NCBI RefSeq assembly: GCF_963921235.1
Contig: NC_086109.1
Span: forward strand, 11,286,001-11,350,000
Origin: Mobula hypostoma
Taxonomy: Eukaryota
Length of the DNA stretch: 64,000 bases
Direction of reading: 5' to 3'
Below, one piece after another: positions 1 through 11,527 of the stretch. The notes below the pieces were generated by a model that saw nothing but the letters and a program-made list of their open reading frames with translations, was not told the DNA's origin and searched no databases. The position numbers were made by a program, and so were the translations under genes. Every line of letters begins with the position of its first letter. Position 1 is the first letter of the stretch.

Positions 1-29
1 ATTGTTTGGCGACAATAAAGTATGAAGAT

Positions 30-520
30 GTTTGGCATGGGCGCCCAAATCCTAAGAAGTTTCTACAGGGGCACAGTTGAGATCATCCTGACTGGCTGCA
101 TCACTGCCTGGTATGGGAACTGTACTTCCCTCAATCACAGGACTCTACAGAGATGTGCGGACAGCCCAGTGCATCTGTAGATGTCAACTTCCCACTGTTC
201 AGGCCATTTACAGAGACAGGTGTGTAAAAAGGGCCTGAGGGATCACTGGGGACCCAAGTCACCCCAATCACAATCTATTCCAGCTGCTACCATCCGGGAA
301 AAGGTACCGCAGTGTTAAAGCCGGGACCAACAGGCTCCGGGATAGCTTCTTCCACCAGGCCATTGGACTGATTAATTCATGCTGATACAACTGTATTTCT
401 ATGTTGTATTGACTATCCTGTTGTACATACTATTTATTATAAATTGCACACGTAGATGGATGTAATGTAAAGGTTTTTACCCTTCATATATATAAAGGAT
501 GCAAGTAATAAAGTAAATTT
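30..520 (+). mobile_element. Rex1/Babar-like LINE 3' fragment
   Basis: Degenerate ILTGCITAWYGNC...DPSHP...LLPSG.RYR...SFFHQAI coding, then a 3' UTR with AATAAA. Near-identical copies at about 1110-1560 (-) and 16345-16780 (+). Confidence 0.8.
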
Positions 521-688
521 GATTTGATAACTGTCTAAGAATGTCCCTCAGGACTTTCATCTTAACCAGCCTATTGGCTGCTTGGTGGTATAATACTCCT
601 TCTTTGCCAGTAAAGTTCTTGTATTGTGTTTTGAGAGAAGCCTTCTGTATAAGTGCAAGTTATTTGACCCTGAGTATTTGGTCTATGG

Positions 689-895
689 AGAAACACACAA
701 AATGTTGGAGGAACTCAGCAGGTCAGGTAGCATCAATGGAGGGAGATAAACAGAAGATGTTATCAGGTTGGCATGCTTCATCAGGACTGAAAGGTCAACC
801 AATAGTTTTCCTCCACAGATGCGGCCTGACCTGCTGAGTTCCCAAGGCTTTCCTCTGTGTTGCTCAAGATTCCCAGCATCTGCAGAAACTTTTTT
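689..895. mobile_element. PLE-derived fold-back (palindromic) non-autonomous element
   Basis: Left arm ACACACAAAATGTTGGAGGAACTCAGCAGGTCAGG is the imperfect reverse complement of right arm CCTGACCTGCTGAGTTCC...TGTGTTG. A degenerate hammerhead core (TTCATCAGGACTG, minus strand) lies in the centre. Confidence 0.75.
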
Positions 896-1109
896 GAGTC
901 TCTGTGGTCTATTGAGAGGACTGGCTAATGCCATGGTAACACTTGCAGTTGTTAGTATCCCCAGAAGGTGGTGCCATTGCAAGGAATTTTTTAAAATTTT
1001 TATTTTTTTGTTACAAGGAGTTGTTCCATAAAATAGCAATTGAAACTTCCTAGCTGGGTAGTAGAATGTTTCCTCCAGTTGACTATTTCTTTATTTCTTG
1101 CATTCTTCA

Positions 1110-1935
1110 CACACACATGGGGAGTAAAAATCTTTACATTATGTCTTTATCTGAATGTGTAATGTGCAAATTATTGCAAGTTTCTATATGTACAAAGATA
1201 TACAACAGAACAGTCAATATAGCTTAGAAATATAATTGTATCAGTGTAAATTAATCAGTCTGATGGCCTGGTGGAAGAAGCTGACACGGAGCCTGTTGGT
1301 CCTGGCTTTAATGCTGTGGTACTGTTTCCGGATGGTAGCAGCTGGAACAGTTTGTGGTCGGGGTGACTCGGGTCCCCAATGATCCTTCGGGCCCTTTTTA
1401 CACACCTGTTGCTGTAAATGTCCTGAAAAGTGGTAAGTTCACATCTACAGATGGTCTGGGCTGTCCGCACTACTCTCTGCTGAGTCCTGTGATTGAGGGA
1501 AGTACAGCTCCCATACCAGGCAGTGATGCAGCCAGTCAGGATGCTCTCAATTGTGCCCCTGTAGTCCTTAGGATTTGGGGACTTGTGCCAAGCTTTTTCA
1601 ACCGTCTGAGGTGAAAGAGGTGTTGTTGTGCTTTTTCACCACTCAACCAGTATGTACAGACTAAGAGAGGTCCTCGGTAATGTGTATGCCGAGGAACCCG
1701 AAGCTGTTCACCCTCTCATCCCCAGACCCATTCACATCAATAGGGGTTAGCCTGTCTCCATTCCTCCTGTAGTCCACAACCAGCTCCATTGTTATTGTGA
1801 CATTGAGGGAGAGGTTGTTTTCTTGACACCACGGTGTCAGGGTGATGACTTCTCTGTAGGCTGCCTCGTTATTATCTGAGTTAAGGCCAATCAATGTAGT
1901 GTCGTCAGCAAATTTAATTAGCAGATTGGAGCTAT
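1110..1935 (-). mobile_element. Rex1/Babar-like LINE 3' fragment including RT C-terminus
   Basis: Minus strand reads KFADDTT (around 1897-1915), WCQENNLSLNV, FLGIHITEDLS and FQDIY..RC.KRARRIIGDPSHP. Confidence 0.85.
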
Positions 1936-3651
1936 TAGCAGATGGTGCTATATCTATGTTTCTCTGTTAAACAAACACTCCCAACCCAACCACCTCGCTG
2001 GTGCTGTTCGGACCAGAGTGTTCTTGGTTATCGGGCAGCAAGTGATACAAATCTTCTCTTTTTCTTACAAAAAGAACTAAAATGCTGAATAGAGTTGTAC
2101 TACAGACCCAACCCCCCCCCCCCAAACCAATGGCCACCAGTACATTATGGAACTGATGTGAGAGCAGATTAGGGAAAGTTGTAAAAACGACAGGGTTGTT
2201 GCAGTGGGTGACTTCAACTTGCCTATTGCAGACTGCGTCCTTCATTTTGCTAAAGACACAATTTGTTGCGAGGATATTAAATCAATGTTGAGATAATCCA
2301 ATGAGGGGCCATACTGGACCTGGTGTTGCATGATGAGACTGGCCAGATGACACAACATTACAGTGGGCAAACAACTGGGGGACAAGGAATTACCACTCCT
2401 TGGGTTTTAAAGTAGCTATAAACAAGAATAAGTATTAACCTTGCAAGAGAGTCTTAAATTGGAGTGGGGCAAATTACAAGAGTATTGGGCATGAATTAGG
2501 GAGAATAAATTGGGAATGGCTATATTTAAGCCAGATCACATCTGACACGTGGAGTGTAATTAAAGAACAACTGCACAGAGTACAGGACAGGTCTGTTTCA
2601 GCAAGAAGGGAGAACAGTACTGGCAAGGTAAGAGAACCTTGGATGTCGAGAGAGCTTATGAATTTAATCAAGAAAAGAGAAAAAGTATGTAAGGTTTAGG
2701 GAGCTAAACTCAAACAGAACCCTTAAGGATTATGAAGAGACCAGAAAGTGCTCCGTAAGGGGGTTGGGTAAGCCAAGAAGATTGATGGCAAGTAGGATTA
2801 AAGAGAATTCCAAGGCATTTTATTGCAGGTACATCGTGCATAGGGAGTGGATAGGACCACTAGAGGATAATGAAGGAAACGTGCTTGGAGGCAGAGGTTG
2901 TGGGTGAGGTCCTGAATGAATACTTTGCATTAGTATTTACCAATGAAAAGGACCTGGAGGATGGGGAGATCCGTGTTGACTGTACTAATTTGCTACGACA
3001 TTTCATGATAAAGAAGAGGGTAGTGTGGGGTCTCTTGGAGTGGCTAAGTCCTCTGGCTCTGATGGGATAGACTTCAGGCTAATGAAGAGTCCATAGATGA
3101 GTTTGCTGGGGCCTTGACCAATATCTTCTTGTCCTCTCCAGCCACAGGCAAGGTCGTGGAGGACTGTCAAGTGGCGAATGTTCTATTATTCAAGAAGGGA
3201 ACTAGGGAAAATCCTGGAAACCATAGAACAGTGAATCTCATGTCAGTGCTAGGGATAGCATTTATGAGCATTTGGAAAATCATGGATTGATCAGTCAGTC
3301 TACCATTGTGCAGGGCAAGTCGTGTCTTGCCAACTTGAATTTTTCAAGAATGTGAGGAAGGGGATTGAAGGTAAAAATGTAGGTGTTTTCTGCAAAGATT
3401 TTAGTAAGGTATTCAATGTTATGGAATGCTCATCCAGAAGATTAAGATGCATGGGATCCATGGTGAATTGACTGCTTGGATCCAGAATTGGCTTGCTCAT
3501 AGAAGAGAAGATGGAGGTCGAAGGGAGTTATTCTAGCTGGAGGTCTGAGATTAGCGGTGCTCTGCAAGGATTTATATTGGGAACTCTGCTGCTTGTAATA
3601 TACAAGTCTGCAGATGATGCAAAGCTATGTGGTGGTGTGGATGGTGTAGAA

Positions 3652-3871
3652 CAGTGGTCCCCAACCACCGGGCCACAAAGATGTGCTACTAGGCCGCGAG
3701 GAAACGATATGATTTGGTGATATGAAACGATATGAGTCAGCTGCACCTTTCCTCATTCCTTGTCACACATTGTAGAACTTGAACACCACCCCCCCTCCCC
3801 CCCCCCCAGACGGTCGGCAGCTGGTTTGCAAGAATATCATCAATATTAACCAAAAAAGGTGGGGACCCCTG
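3652..3871. mobile_element. hAT (Charlie-like) MITE
   Basis: TIRs CAGTGGTCCCCAACC ... GGTGGGGACCCCTG with a perfect 8-bp TSD GTGTAGAA (3644-3651 and 3872-3879). Confidence 0.9.
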
Positions 3872-4348
3872 GTGTAGAAGCCTGGCAAAGAATACACGGT
3901 TTATGGATCATTTGCAGATGTGAGTGGAAAAATGTTAGATGGAATTTAACCCAGCCAGATGTGAAGTGTTGCACCTTGGTAGGTGAAATGTAAAGGGGCA
4001 GTACACTGTTAATGTTAACGATTACTAGTGACAATGAGCAGAGGGATCTTGGAGTCCCAAGTTCCCAGCTCCTTGAAAGTGGCTACATAAGTTGATAGGA
4101 TGGTAAAGAAGGCATTTGACATGCTTGCTTTTATTAGTTGAGGAACTGAGTTCAAGTCAGGAAGTGCTGGTAGCTAGAGTTTTACAGAGTCTGGTATCCA
4201 TTTCTGCTCACCACATTATTTAGGAGAGGGCTTTGGAGAGGAAGCAGACAAAGTTTCCCAGGATTCTGCCTGGATTAGAGGGAATTAGGAGAGGCTGGAC
4301 AAACTTCGTTTGCTTTCTCTGGAATAGCTGAGGGAAGATCTCATAAAG

Positions 4349-4431
4349 CTGCAGTTCCCAACCTGGGATCCACTGACCCCTTGATTATGGTGGGGATCCA
4401 TGGCATAACAAAAGGGGGTGGAGAACCCCTG
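4349..4431. mobile_element. Short hAT-type MITE
   Basis: CTGCAGTTCCCAACC...GAGAACCCCTG termini; related copy at about 35012-35092. Both interrupt CR1 sequence. Confidence 0.6.
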
Positions 4432-4775
4432 TCAGAGGTTTAAAAGATTGAGAAGCATGGAAGAAGTAGACAGACAGTATCTTAATCTCAGGGTCAAAAT
4501 GTTTAATTCTTGAGGCATTTAAGGTGAGAGAGGGTAAATTCAAAGGAGATTTTTACATGGAAGTGCTGGATGCTTGGGATGGTGGCTGATTCAAATATGA
4601 TAAGGGTATTCAAGATGCTCTTCAGTAGCCACCTGAATGGGTAGGAACCAGATGAGTATGGACATTATGTAGAGAGAAGGGATTAGTTTAGTTGGTTACT
4701 TATTTAATTTGTTCGACACAACATTGTGGGCAGAACTGTCTGTTCCTGTGCTGAACTGTTTTATGTTCTATCAAA

Positions 4776-6262
4776 TAATTACTTAAGCTCTTCCTGTGCT
4801 ACCTTGACGACTGCATTGATGCTGCTTCATGCACCCATGACGAGCTTGTCAATTTCATCAACTTTGCCTCCATCTTTCACCCTGCACTTAAATTCACTTG
4901 GTCCATTTCTGACAGCTCCCTCCCATTTCTTGATCTTTCTTCGCCATCTCTAGAGACAAACTGTAAAACCTACCGATTCCTGCGGCTATCTTGACTATAT
5001 GTCTTCCCAGCTTGAAGCCTGTAAAAACGCTGTTCCATTTTCTCAGTTCCTTCGTCTCCACTGCATGTGTTCCCAGGATGAGGCTTTCCTTGCGAGGACA
5101 ACAGAGAAAGAGGTTTTCCTTCCTCCACCATTGACGCTGCCCTCACCCGCATCTCCTCCATTTCCCAGATATCTGCCCTCACTTCATCTTCGTGCCGCCG
5201 TTACAGGAACAGAGTTCCTCTTGAACTCTCCTACCACCCCATGAGCCTCCACGTCCAACACATCATTCTCTTCAACTTCGACCATCTCCAGCAGGATCTC
5301 AGGATGAAACATACCATCACTCTAACGCTTTCTGCTGGCATTGCTCCCTCTGTTATTCCCTAATTTCCCTCCTGGCACATATCCCTGCAAGTGACAGAAA
5401 TGCGACAGCTGCCCATTCACCTCCTCCATTACATCCATTCAGGGGCCCCCAACAGTCCTCCCAGATGAGGCAACATTTCACCTGCGAATCTGTTGAGGTT
5501 GTCAATTGTATCTGGTGCTCCTGATGTAGCCCCCTCTACGTTGGTGAGACGCAATGTAAATTGGGGAAATGCTTTGTCAATCACCCCTGCTCCGCCCAGC
5601 AAAAGCAGAGTTTCCTGGTGGCCAACAATTTTTGTTCCCGTCTCCAGGCCCGTTCTGACACACCGGGTCTTGGCCTCCTCTGGGTGGAGGAGCAGCACCT
5701 CAAATTCCATCTGTGTAGCCTCCAACCTGATCGAATGAGCACTGACACGAGGAAAGGTGCAGATGCTGGAAATTCAAACAACACCCAAAAAATGCTGGTG
5801 AACGCAGCAGGCCAGGCAGCATCTCTAGGAAGAGGTACAGTCGATGTTTTGGGCTGGGACCCTTGATAAACATTGATTTTTTTTTTTCTTTTTTAATTCC
5901 TCCTTCCCTCTGCTTCCATTCCCCAGTCTGGTCTCTTACCTCTCCTCTCCTGCCTGTCACCTCCCCCTGGTGCCCCTCCTTCCCTTTCTCCTATGGTTCA
6001 CTCTCCTTTCCTGTCAGGTTACTTCTCCAGCTCTTTATCTTTCCAACTCATCCTGGCTTCACCTATCACCTTCTAACTTGTTCTCCTTCCCCTCTCTTTT
6101 CCCATCTCCCATTTTCTTATTCTGGCATCTTCCCCCTTCCTTTCCACTCCGGGGCTGGGGGGGCGGGGGGTAATGTTCTCGGCCCGAACGTCGACTATTT
6201 TGTTCATTTCCATGGATACTGCCTGAACTGGTGAGTTCCACCATCATTTCGTGTGTGTTGCT
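4776..6262 (+). mobile_element. Degenerate Penelope-like element (RT C-terminus, GIY-YIG, 3' region) with an internal inverted terminal-repeat piece at ~5745-5865
   Basis: YLDDCI at ~4800; CKNAVPFSQFLRL..CS; degenerate VV.CIWCS.C..LYVGET at ~5498-5550; pyrimidine-rich 3' region ending in GGCCCGAACGTCGACT. Confidence 0.85.
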
Positions 6263-6467
6263 CTTCACAATGATGAGAACTCTAGCCTCTCTTCCTTTCT
6301 GCCTTAACACAGTCTGTTACTTGTTCACGGGCTCTCATTGTGAGAGATCCCCTGACGTAAATGAGCAGGAATCAAATGCAAGTTGTGACTTGAACTGGCT
6401 CGATCTTTTACAAAATGTACCATCAGAGTTACGACTTTGCAAGTGCAACGAGCAATGAATAAGGTTC

Positions 6468-6990
6468 AAGGTTCAAATTAATTTGATTACCAAAGCACAT
6501 ACATGTCGCCATATACTACCTTGAAATTCATTTTCTTGCAGGCATCACAATAGAACAAAAAAAATTACTGTAGAATTAGTGGAAAAACTACACACAAAGA
6601 CTGACAAACAACCAATGTGTAAAAGAAGACAAACTGTATAAATACAAATAAAAAATAATAAATAATATTGATATTCATCAGTCCTGATGAAGGGTCTTGG
6701 CCCAAACTGTTGATTCGTTATTTTCTATAATCAATACTGCCTGACCGCCAGCATTTTGTGTGTTACTCTGGATTTACAGCATTTGCAGTATTCCTTGTGC
6801 TAATTATTATTGAGAACATGAGTTGTAGAATCCTTGAAAGTGAGTCGGTAGGTTGTGGAATCAGTTCGGTGTTGAGGTGAGTGATGGTACTCTTTCAGGT
6901 TTAGGAGCCTGATGGTTGAAGAGTAATAATTGTTCCTGAACCTCTTGGTGTGGAACCTGAAGCTCCTGTACCTCTGGCTGGAAGGGTAAT
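6468..6990 (-). mobile_element. Rex/L2-type LINE 3' tail, interrupted by a PLE terminal fragment (~6678-6800, +)
   Basis: Minus strand RYRS.R.HT.RFRN.YY.STIRLLN plus 3' UTR. The insert contains CAGTCCTGATGAAGGGTCTTGGCCCAAAC. Confidence 0.7.
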
Positions 6991-7045
6991 AACTACCAAC
7001 TTCAAACCCCAAATTTGTTTACTACTTAAAATGCCACTTGATATA

Positions 7046-7668
7046 CAGTACTGTGCAAAAGTCTTAGTAACATGTATGTAGCTAAGGTGCATAAGACTTT
7101 GCATAGTACTGTAGTAATTCTATGTATTGCATTGTACTGCTGGCACAAAAGAAACATGGTATACAGTTGCAAGAAGTTGTTTGTGAAACCTTTGCAGTTA
7201 CCTGGTTTTCTGCATTAATTACTCGGATCACATTTTATGAGCGATTATTGCAGAAAACCTGACGATTGCAAAGGGTTTGCAAACTTTTTCTTGCAACTGT
7301 ATGTGAGTGATCATGATCCTGATTCAGATATGGGTCTCTATGGATTGAGTGGGATGGAGGGAAGGGACTGGGAAGCACCAGAGAGACATTCTGTAATGAT
7401 CAATAAACCAATTGTTTAGAATCAAATGACCTTGCTGGTTGTCTCAGGGTTGGGTGTATCTGCAACTGTGCCAGCCCCCTGCTCTGGCACTCCTTCTCTG
7501 CCACCTGTCCCAACCCCTCTCGTGATGCCCCACCCTCGCCATTCTCAGTATCCTTTGCTCTGACCAGATTTACAACCTTGCTCTTCTCCACTTTGACACG
7601 CACAGGACTGTGCAAAAACCTTCAGCAGCCTAGATACAGCATGTGCCTAAGACTTTTGCAGAGTACTG
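7046..7668. mobile_element. Tc1/mariner-type composite MITE
   Basis: TA|CAGTACTGTGCAAAAGTCTTAG ... CTAAGACTTTTGCAGAGTACTG|TA termini; additional internal TIR-like copies at ~7092-7111 and ~7603-7620. Confidence 0.7.
7164..7299. mobile_element. Nested Tc1-type palindromic MITE (136 bp)
   Basis: TA|CAGTTGCAAGAA...TTCTTGCAACTG|TA with ~60-bp imperfect inverted arms. Confidence 0.85.
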
Positions 7669-7821
7669 TAAAATGAGTTGAAAACAAATTTTATTGTTGG
7701 CTTTTGATGGTGAAACTTGGCCGTCTCTATTATGAGCTACTTGATGACAGTGCAAAGGTGCTGTTTGTTGTGAGTACAGAGCATTATAGATTGTGACAGT
7801 TTTCTGATGTGATTGATGCAG

Positions 7822-7917
7822 GAAAAACTGAAGCCTGATTACTTGAAGAATCTGCCAGATGTATTGAAGCAGTTCTCCGATTTCCTGGGGGAAAGGTCAT
7901 GGTTTGCAGGTGACAAG
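7822..7917 (+). CDS. GSTM: Mu-class glutathione S-transferase, internal coding exon (equivalent to mammalian GSTM exon 6)
   Basis: CAG acceptor ends at 7821 and GT donor starts at 7918. 96 nt, phase 0, translates EKLKPDYLKNLPDVLKQFSDFLGERSWFAGDK, matching the GSTM EKLKP..YL..LP..LK..S.FLG.R.WFAG.K segment and exon size. The specific paralog cannot be assigned. Confidence 0.95.
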
Positions 7918-8184
7918 GTAGGTTTCTCTTCGGGCTGATGTTGCATTAACCATGGTGGGACGTGTTCTCACTATTTTCATAGAGTTGTAGAGATTAGAAA
8001 GGCCATTCAGCCCATTGTGTTTATGGTGACCATTTTGGCCTCTTGCACTAATCCTGCTCACCTTCAATAGAACTGTGCCATTGATACCTTGCCTGTTTCT
8101 GGGGCCTGTCTAAAAGCTTTGGAAATCATGGTAATTGTATTAGATTTCTCGAACAGCTCTGAGGGTGTGTTCCAGGTATTTCCA

Positions 8185-8398
8185 CCACTACCTGTAAGGA
8201 GTCTGTACGTTCTCCCAGATTTCCTCTGGATGCTCTGGTTTCCTCCCACATTGCAGAGACATGCCAGTTGGTAGGTTAATTGGTCATTGTAAGTTGTCCC
8301 ATGATTAGGCTAGGGTTAAATTGAGGGAATTGCTGGGCGGTGTGACTCAAAGGGTTGGAGCTGCCTATTCTGTGCTGGATCTCCAAATAAATAAACTA
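8185..8398 (+). mobile_element. V-domain SINE (HE1-like) fragment
   Basis: GTAAGGAGTCTGTACGTTCTCCC...GGTTTCCTCCCACA domain, ending (TAAA)n. Related copies at ~9740-9935 (-), 12080-12310, 13313-13590, 30001-30165, 33310-33605 (-) and 49103-49305. Confidence 0.7.
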
Positions 8399-8989
8399 AA
8401 TATTGACTGTCATGTGTTTAAAATAAAGAAGTATTTTTAGAGAGAGTTTTGTTTTTCAATATGGTAACAGGCCCTTCCATCCCATGAACCCATGCTGCCT
8501 AGTTACTCATGAGCAATTAACCCTCTAACCTGTACATCTTTGAACTGTGAGGATACTGGAGCACCTGAGGAAATGCAAGCAATCATGGGGAGAACGTCCT
8601 TGTAGGCACAGTAGTAATTGGCAGTTAGTGTAATGCTATAACAGCACCAGCTACCTGGGTTTAATTTCCACCACCCACATCCCCTGTAAAATTTATGCCT
8701 CCAGGTCTATGCTCTTAGTTTCTGCTACTCCTACCATGGAGGCAAAATGTCTCTCTTTACCTTGTATACTTTGTCCATGCTTTCTGTAGTGGCTAATCTA
8801 GGGCATAGCAAAGTTGTAGAAACTTGGATTCTGTGTTGAAGTAAAATACATAGCTTTATGGCACAGAAACAGGCCATTTGACCCATCTTGACCATGCTCC
8901 TCATGCTTATTTACATTAAACCCATTTATTTAGAGAGACAGCATGGAATAGGCCCTTCCGGCCCAACGAGCCGCTCTGCCCAACAACCC

Positions 8990-9730
8990 AACTATCCCAG
9001 CAAGTGGCCAAAGCGCTACACTTGCCCATTTCCTCCACTCGGCCCTAAACAGTCCTTCCAGGTGAGGCAACACTTCATCTGCGAGTCTGCTGCGGCAGTC
9101 CGTTGTTCCCAGTGTGGCCTGTACATCGGTAGGCACATCGTAAATTAGGGGACTGCTTCATTGAGCACCTCCGTTCCATCTGCCAAAAGTGGAGCTTGTT
9201 TAATTGCTTTCCCATTCTTGTTCTGGCATGTTGGTCCATGGCCTCCTCTTGTGCCAGGATGAGACCACTCTCAGGGTGGAGGAGCAACACCTTTTTCCAT
9301 CTGGGTGGCCTCCAACCTGATGGCATGAATATCTATTTCTACTTCCAGTTTTTTTAAAAAAAAAACAAAAAAAAAAACACTGTTCCATCCCCTTCCCCTC
9401 TTCTATTTCCCCACTCTGGCCTCTTGCCTCTTTTCACTTGCCTATCACCTCTCCCGGGTCCCCTTTTCTCCTATGGTCCAATGTCTTCTATCAAATACCT
9501 TCCTTTCCATCCCTTTACCTTTCCTATCCACCTGGCTTCACCATTCACTTTCTAGCTATCCTCCTCACCAACGCCCCCCCCGCCCAACCCTCTCAACATT
9601 TTATTCTGGCACCTTCCCTCTTCCTTTCCACTCCTGATGAAGGATCTCTGGCTGAAACATTGGCTGTTTATTCATTTCCATAGATCCTGCCGGCCCTGAG
9701 TTCGTCCAACATTTTCTGTGTGTTGCTTTA
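8990..9730 (+). mobile_element. Penelope-like element 3' fragment (GIY-YIG remnant and terminal repeat)
   Basis: GPKQSFQVRQHFICES...VRCSQCGLYIG; LRVEEQH..FHLG.LQPDGMN; degenerate hammerhead CTGATGAAGGATCTCTGGCTGAAAC at ~9634-9658. Confidence 0.8.
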
Positions 9731-10235
9731 TATTTAACACTAGCATAATTAGTAGCAAGACAATTTACAATAACCAATTATCTTACTAACCAGAGGATCT
9801 TTGGTCTGTTGAAGGAAACCAGAGTACCTGGAGGAAACCCACATGCTCATGGGAAGGCCGTACAAACTTAGCGGATGCTGGAATTGAACTCTGAACTCTG
9901 ACCCCAGCTGTAATAGCATTGTGCTAACCACTACACCTTCTAATCCAAGGCTATTCAAGAATTTGTCTAGATACTGCTTAAATGTGGTGGAGATATCTGC
10001 CTCCTGGGCGCAGAACATTCAAAATTCCAACTATCCTCTGTGTGAAAGAATTCCTCCTCAGATAGCCTAAAGAATTACTATCTTGTACCTTAGTTTTATC
10101 TCTTGTCCTAGAGGTAAAAGATTTTTCAGACCTATTCACCTCATAATTTTATTTACTTTTTTAATCAGAGTAGTCCTAGGCCATCTCTGCTTCAGGGAAA
10201 AAGAAAATACAACTCCAACTTCTACTTGTGACTGA

Positions 10236-11109
10236 TGTTACGTACCCCGTAACTGGGTTGCCAAACTAGCAGAAATGGATCACTCAGTTGGAGTCTGGAT
10301 TACTAGAACTAAGAAAGTTTTATTAAAGAAACAAGCAACACAGTACTCTAATCAAAAGGATAATAAATGCAACAGTTCAGCAATGATAAACACACATGTA
10401 CACAGAATTAAGATAACAGGATCAATCAAGCTCTATCGTTGTCTAGGGGTAAATGACCAGTTTCAAAGTGACGCAAAGTTCAGTTCAATTTAGTTCAGTT
10501 CAGTTCGCAGACAGTGGGGGGAAGGAGAGAGAGAGCAAAACGAATGAATATTCAAAACGGCTTCCACACAGACCTTTGCAGTCAGCTTTCGGGCGAGTCC
10601 TTTGTGATGTCATCTGAGGTCACCGACCGTGACCCCCTCCGTTTCCTGATACGATCGTTTCTCTGCGGTGAACCTGGCACCCAGGCAAGGGTGGACACAC
10701 ACCAGGTTCCCGCCGATCGTGCCTTTCCACCCTGTGCGTCTATGGCTTGTCCCGCGACCAGCCGTCCAAAACTTCCCACTGACTTGTGAGAGACGCACCG
10801 CTTCCAGGGTCTCGTTACCTCGGGGTGTCGTGTGTGTGTCTTGCCTTAGCGAACCTGTCCCTTTTTATCCCCCTGCTGGGGTATCGCCTGTCCATCACTT
10901 CAAACAGTTCAGGGTTCAAAGGGGGAGCCGATCTTGACAGCTCTCCTTCCGTTACTCTCTCCTGTCTCTTCATTAACATCTCCAAATGCTGCTCCATTGT
11001 TTTCCTTATCTCTCTCTCTCTCGTGAAGACAGGTGGCAGACCAACTGCTGATCCCACTGGTGCCAGCACAGGACAGCTAACATCTTAATCTATGTGTATT
11101 CTCGTCACA
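10236..11109 (-). mobile_element. Solo LTR (874 bp) in a GSTM intron
   Basis: TGTTACG...CGTCACA termini (TG..CA, 6/7 inverted) with a 4-bp TSD CTGA (10232-10235, 11110-11113). Minus-strand AATAAA at ~10319-10324 and TATA-like GATAAAAA at ~10862-10869. CpG-rich. Splits a CR1 fragment. Confidence 0.88.
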
Positions 11110-11416
11110 CTGAAATACCAATCCAGGCAGGCAATGTCCAGGCGGATCTCCTCTGAACTCTCTTCAGCCCAACACCTCTTTCTGACAGTATTGTGACCAG
11201 AACTGCACACTATACTCCAATTCGTTGCCTGACCTCTTGACTATTGCTGGCATTTAATATTTTTGGACTTTGCAAGGTCTTACAAGGTTATGTGACCAAT
11301 ATTTTGTGATCATACATTGGTGTCGAGCCACTATTGAAGAAAGAAACTGTATGCACTGCCTGTCTCTTCAATCAAACAATGTGCAGATCATTTTAGTTTT
11401 TGCTTTCTTTTATCAG

Positions 11417-11527
11417 ATCACTTTTGTGGATTTTGTGATGTACGATCTCCTTGATGAACATCGTGTGTTTGAATCCAAGTGCTTGGATGACCATAAGAAC
11501 TTGAAGGAATTTATCTCCCGCTTTGAG
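11417..11527 (+). CDS. GSTM: Mu-class GST, internal coding exon (equivalent to GSTM exon 7)
   Basis: Polypyrimidine tract plus CAG ending at 11416; GTAAG donor at 11528. 111 nt: ITFVDFVMYDLLDEHRVFESKCLDDHKNLKEFISRFE. Confidence 0.96.

Larger units (their letters stand above)
2150..4772 (+). mobile_element. Degenerate CR1 LINE (ORF2: APE endonuclease remnant, RT, 3' tail)
   Basis: VGDFN (~2203), AILDLVL (~2308), LFKKG.R.NPGN.R.V.L.SV (~3187), QG..LG (~3564), ADD.K (~3610); 3' tail TTTTATGTTCTAT at ~4760. Many frameshifts. Interrupted by two hAT-type MITEs. Confidence 0.85.

Noticed and set aside
1..7821. Earlier GSTM exons
   Set aside because: No GST N-terminal-domain coding sequence was recognised; the region is accounted for by TE fragments.
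10514..11088. Several ORFs of 60-100 aa
   Set aside because: All lie within a solo LTR; no gag/pol motifs; explained by GC richness.
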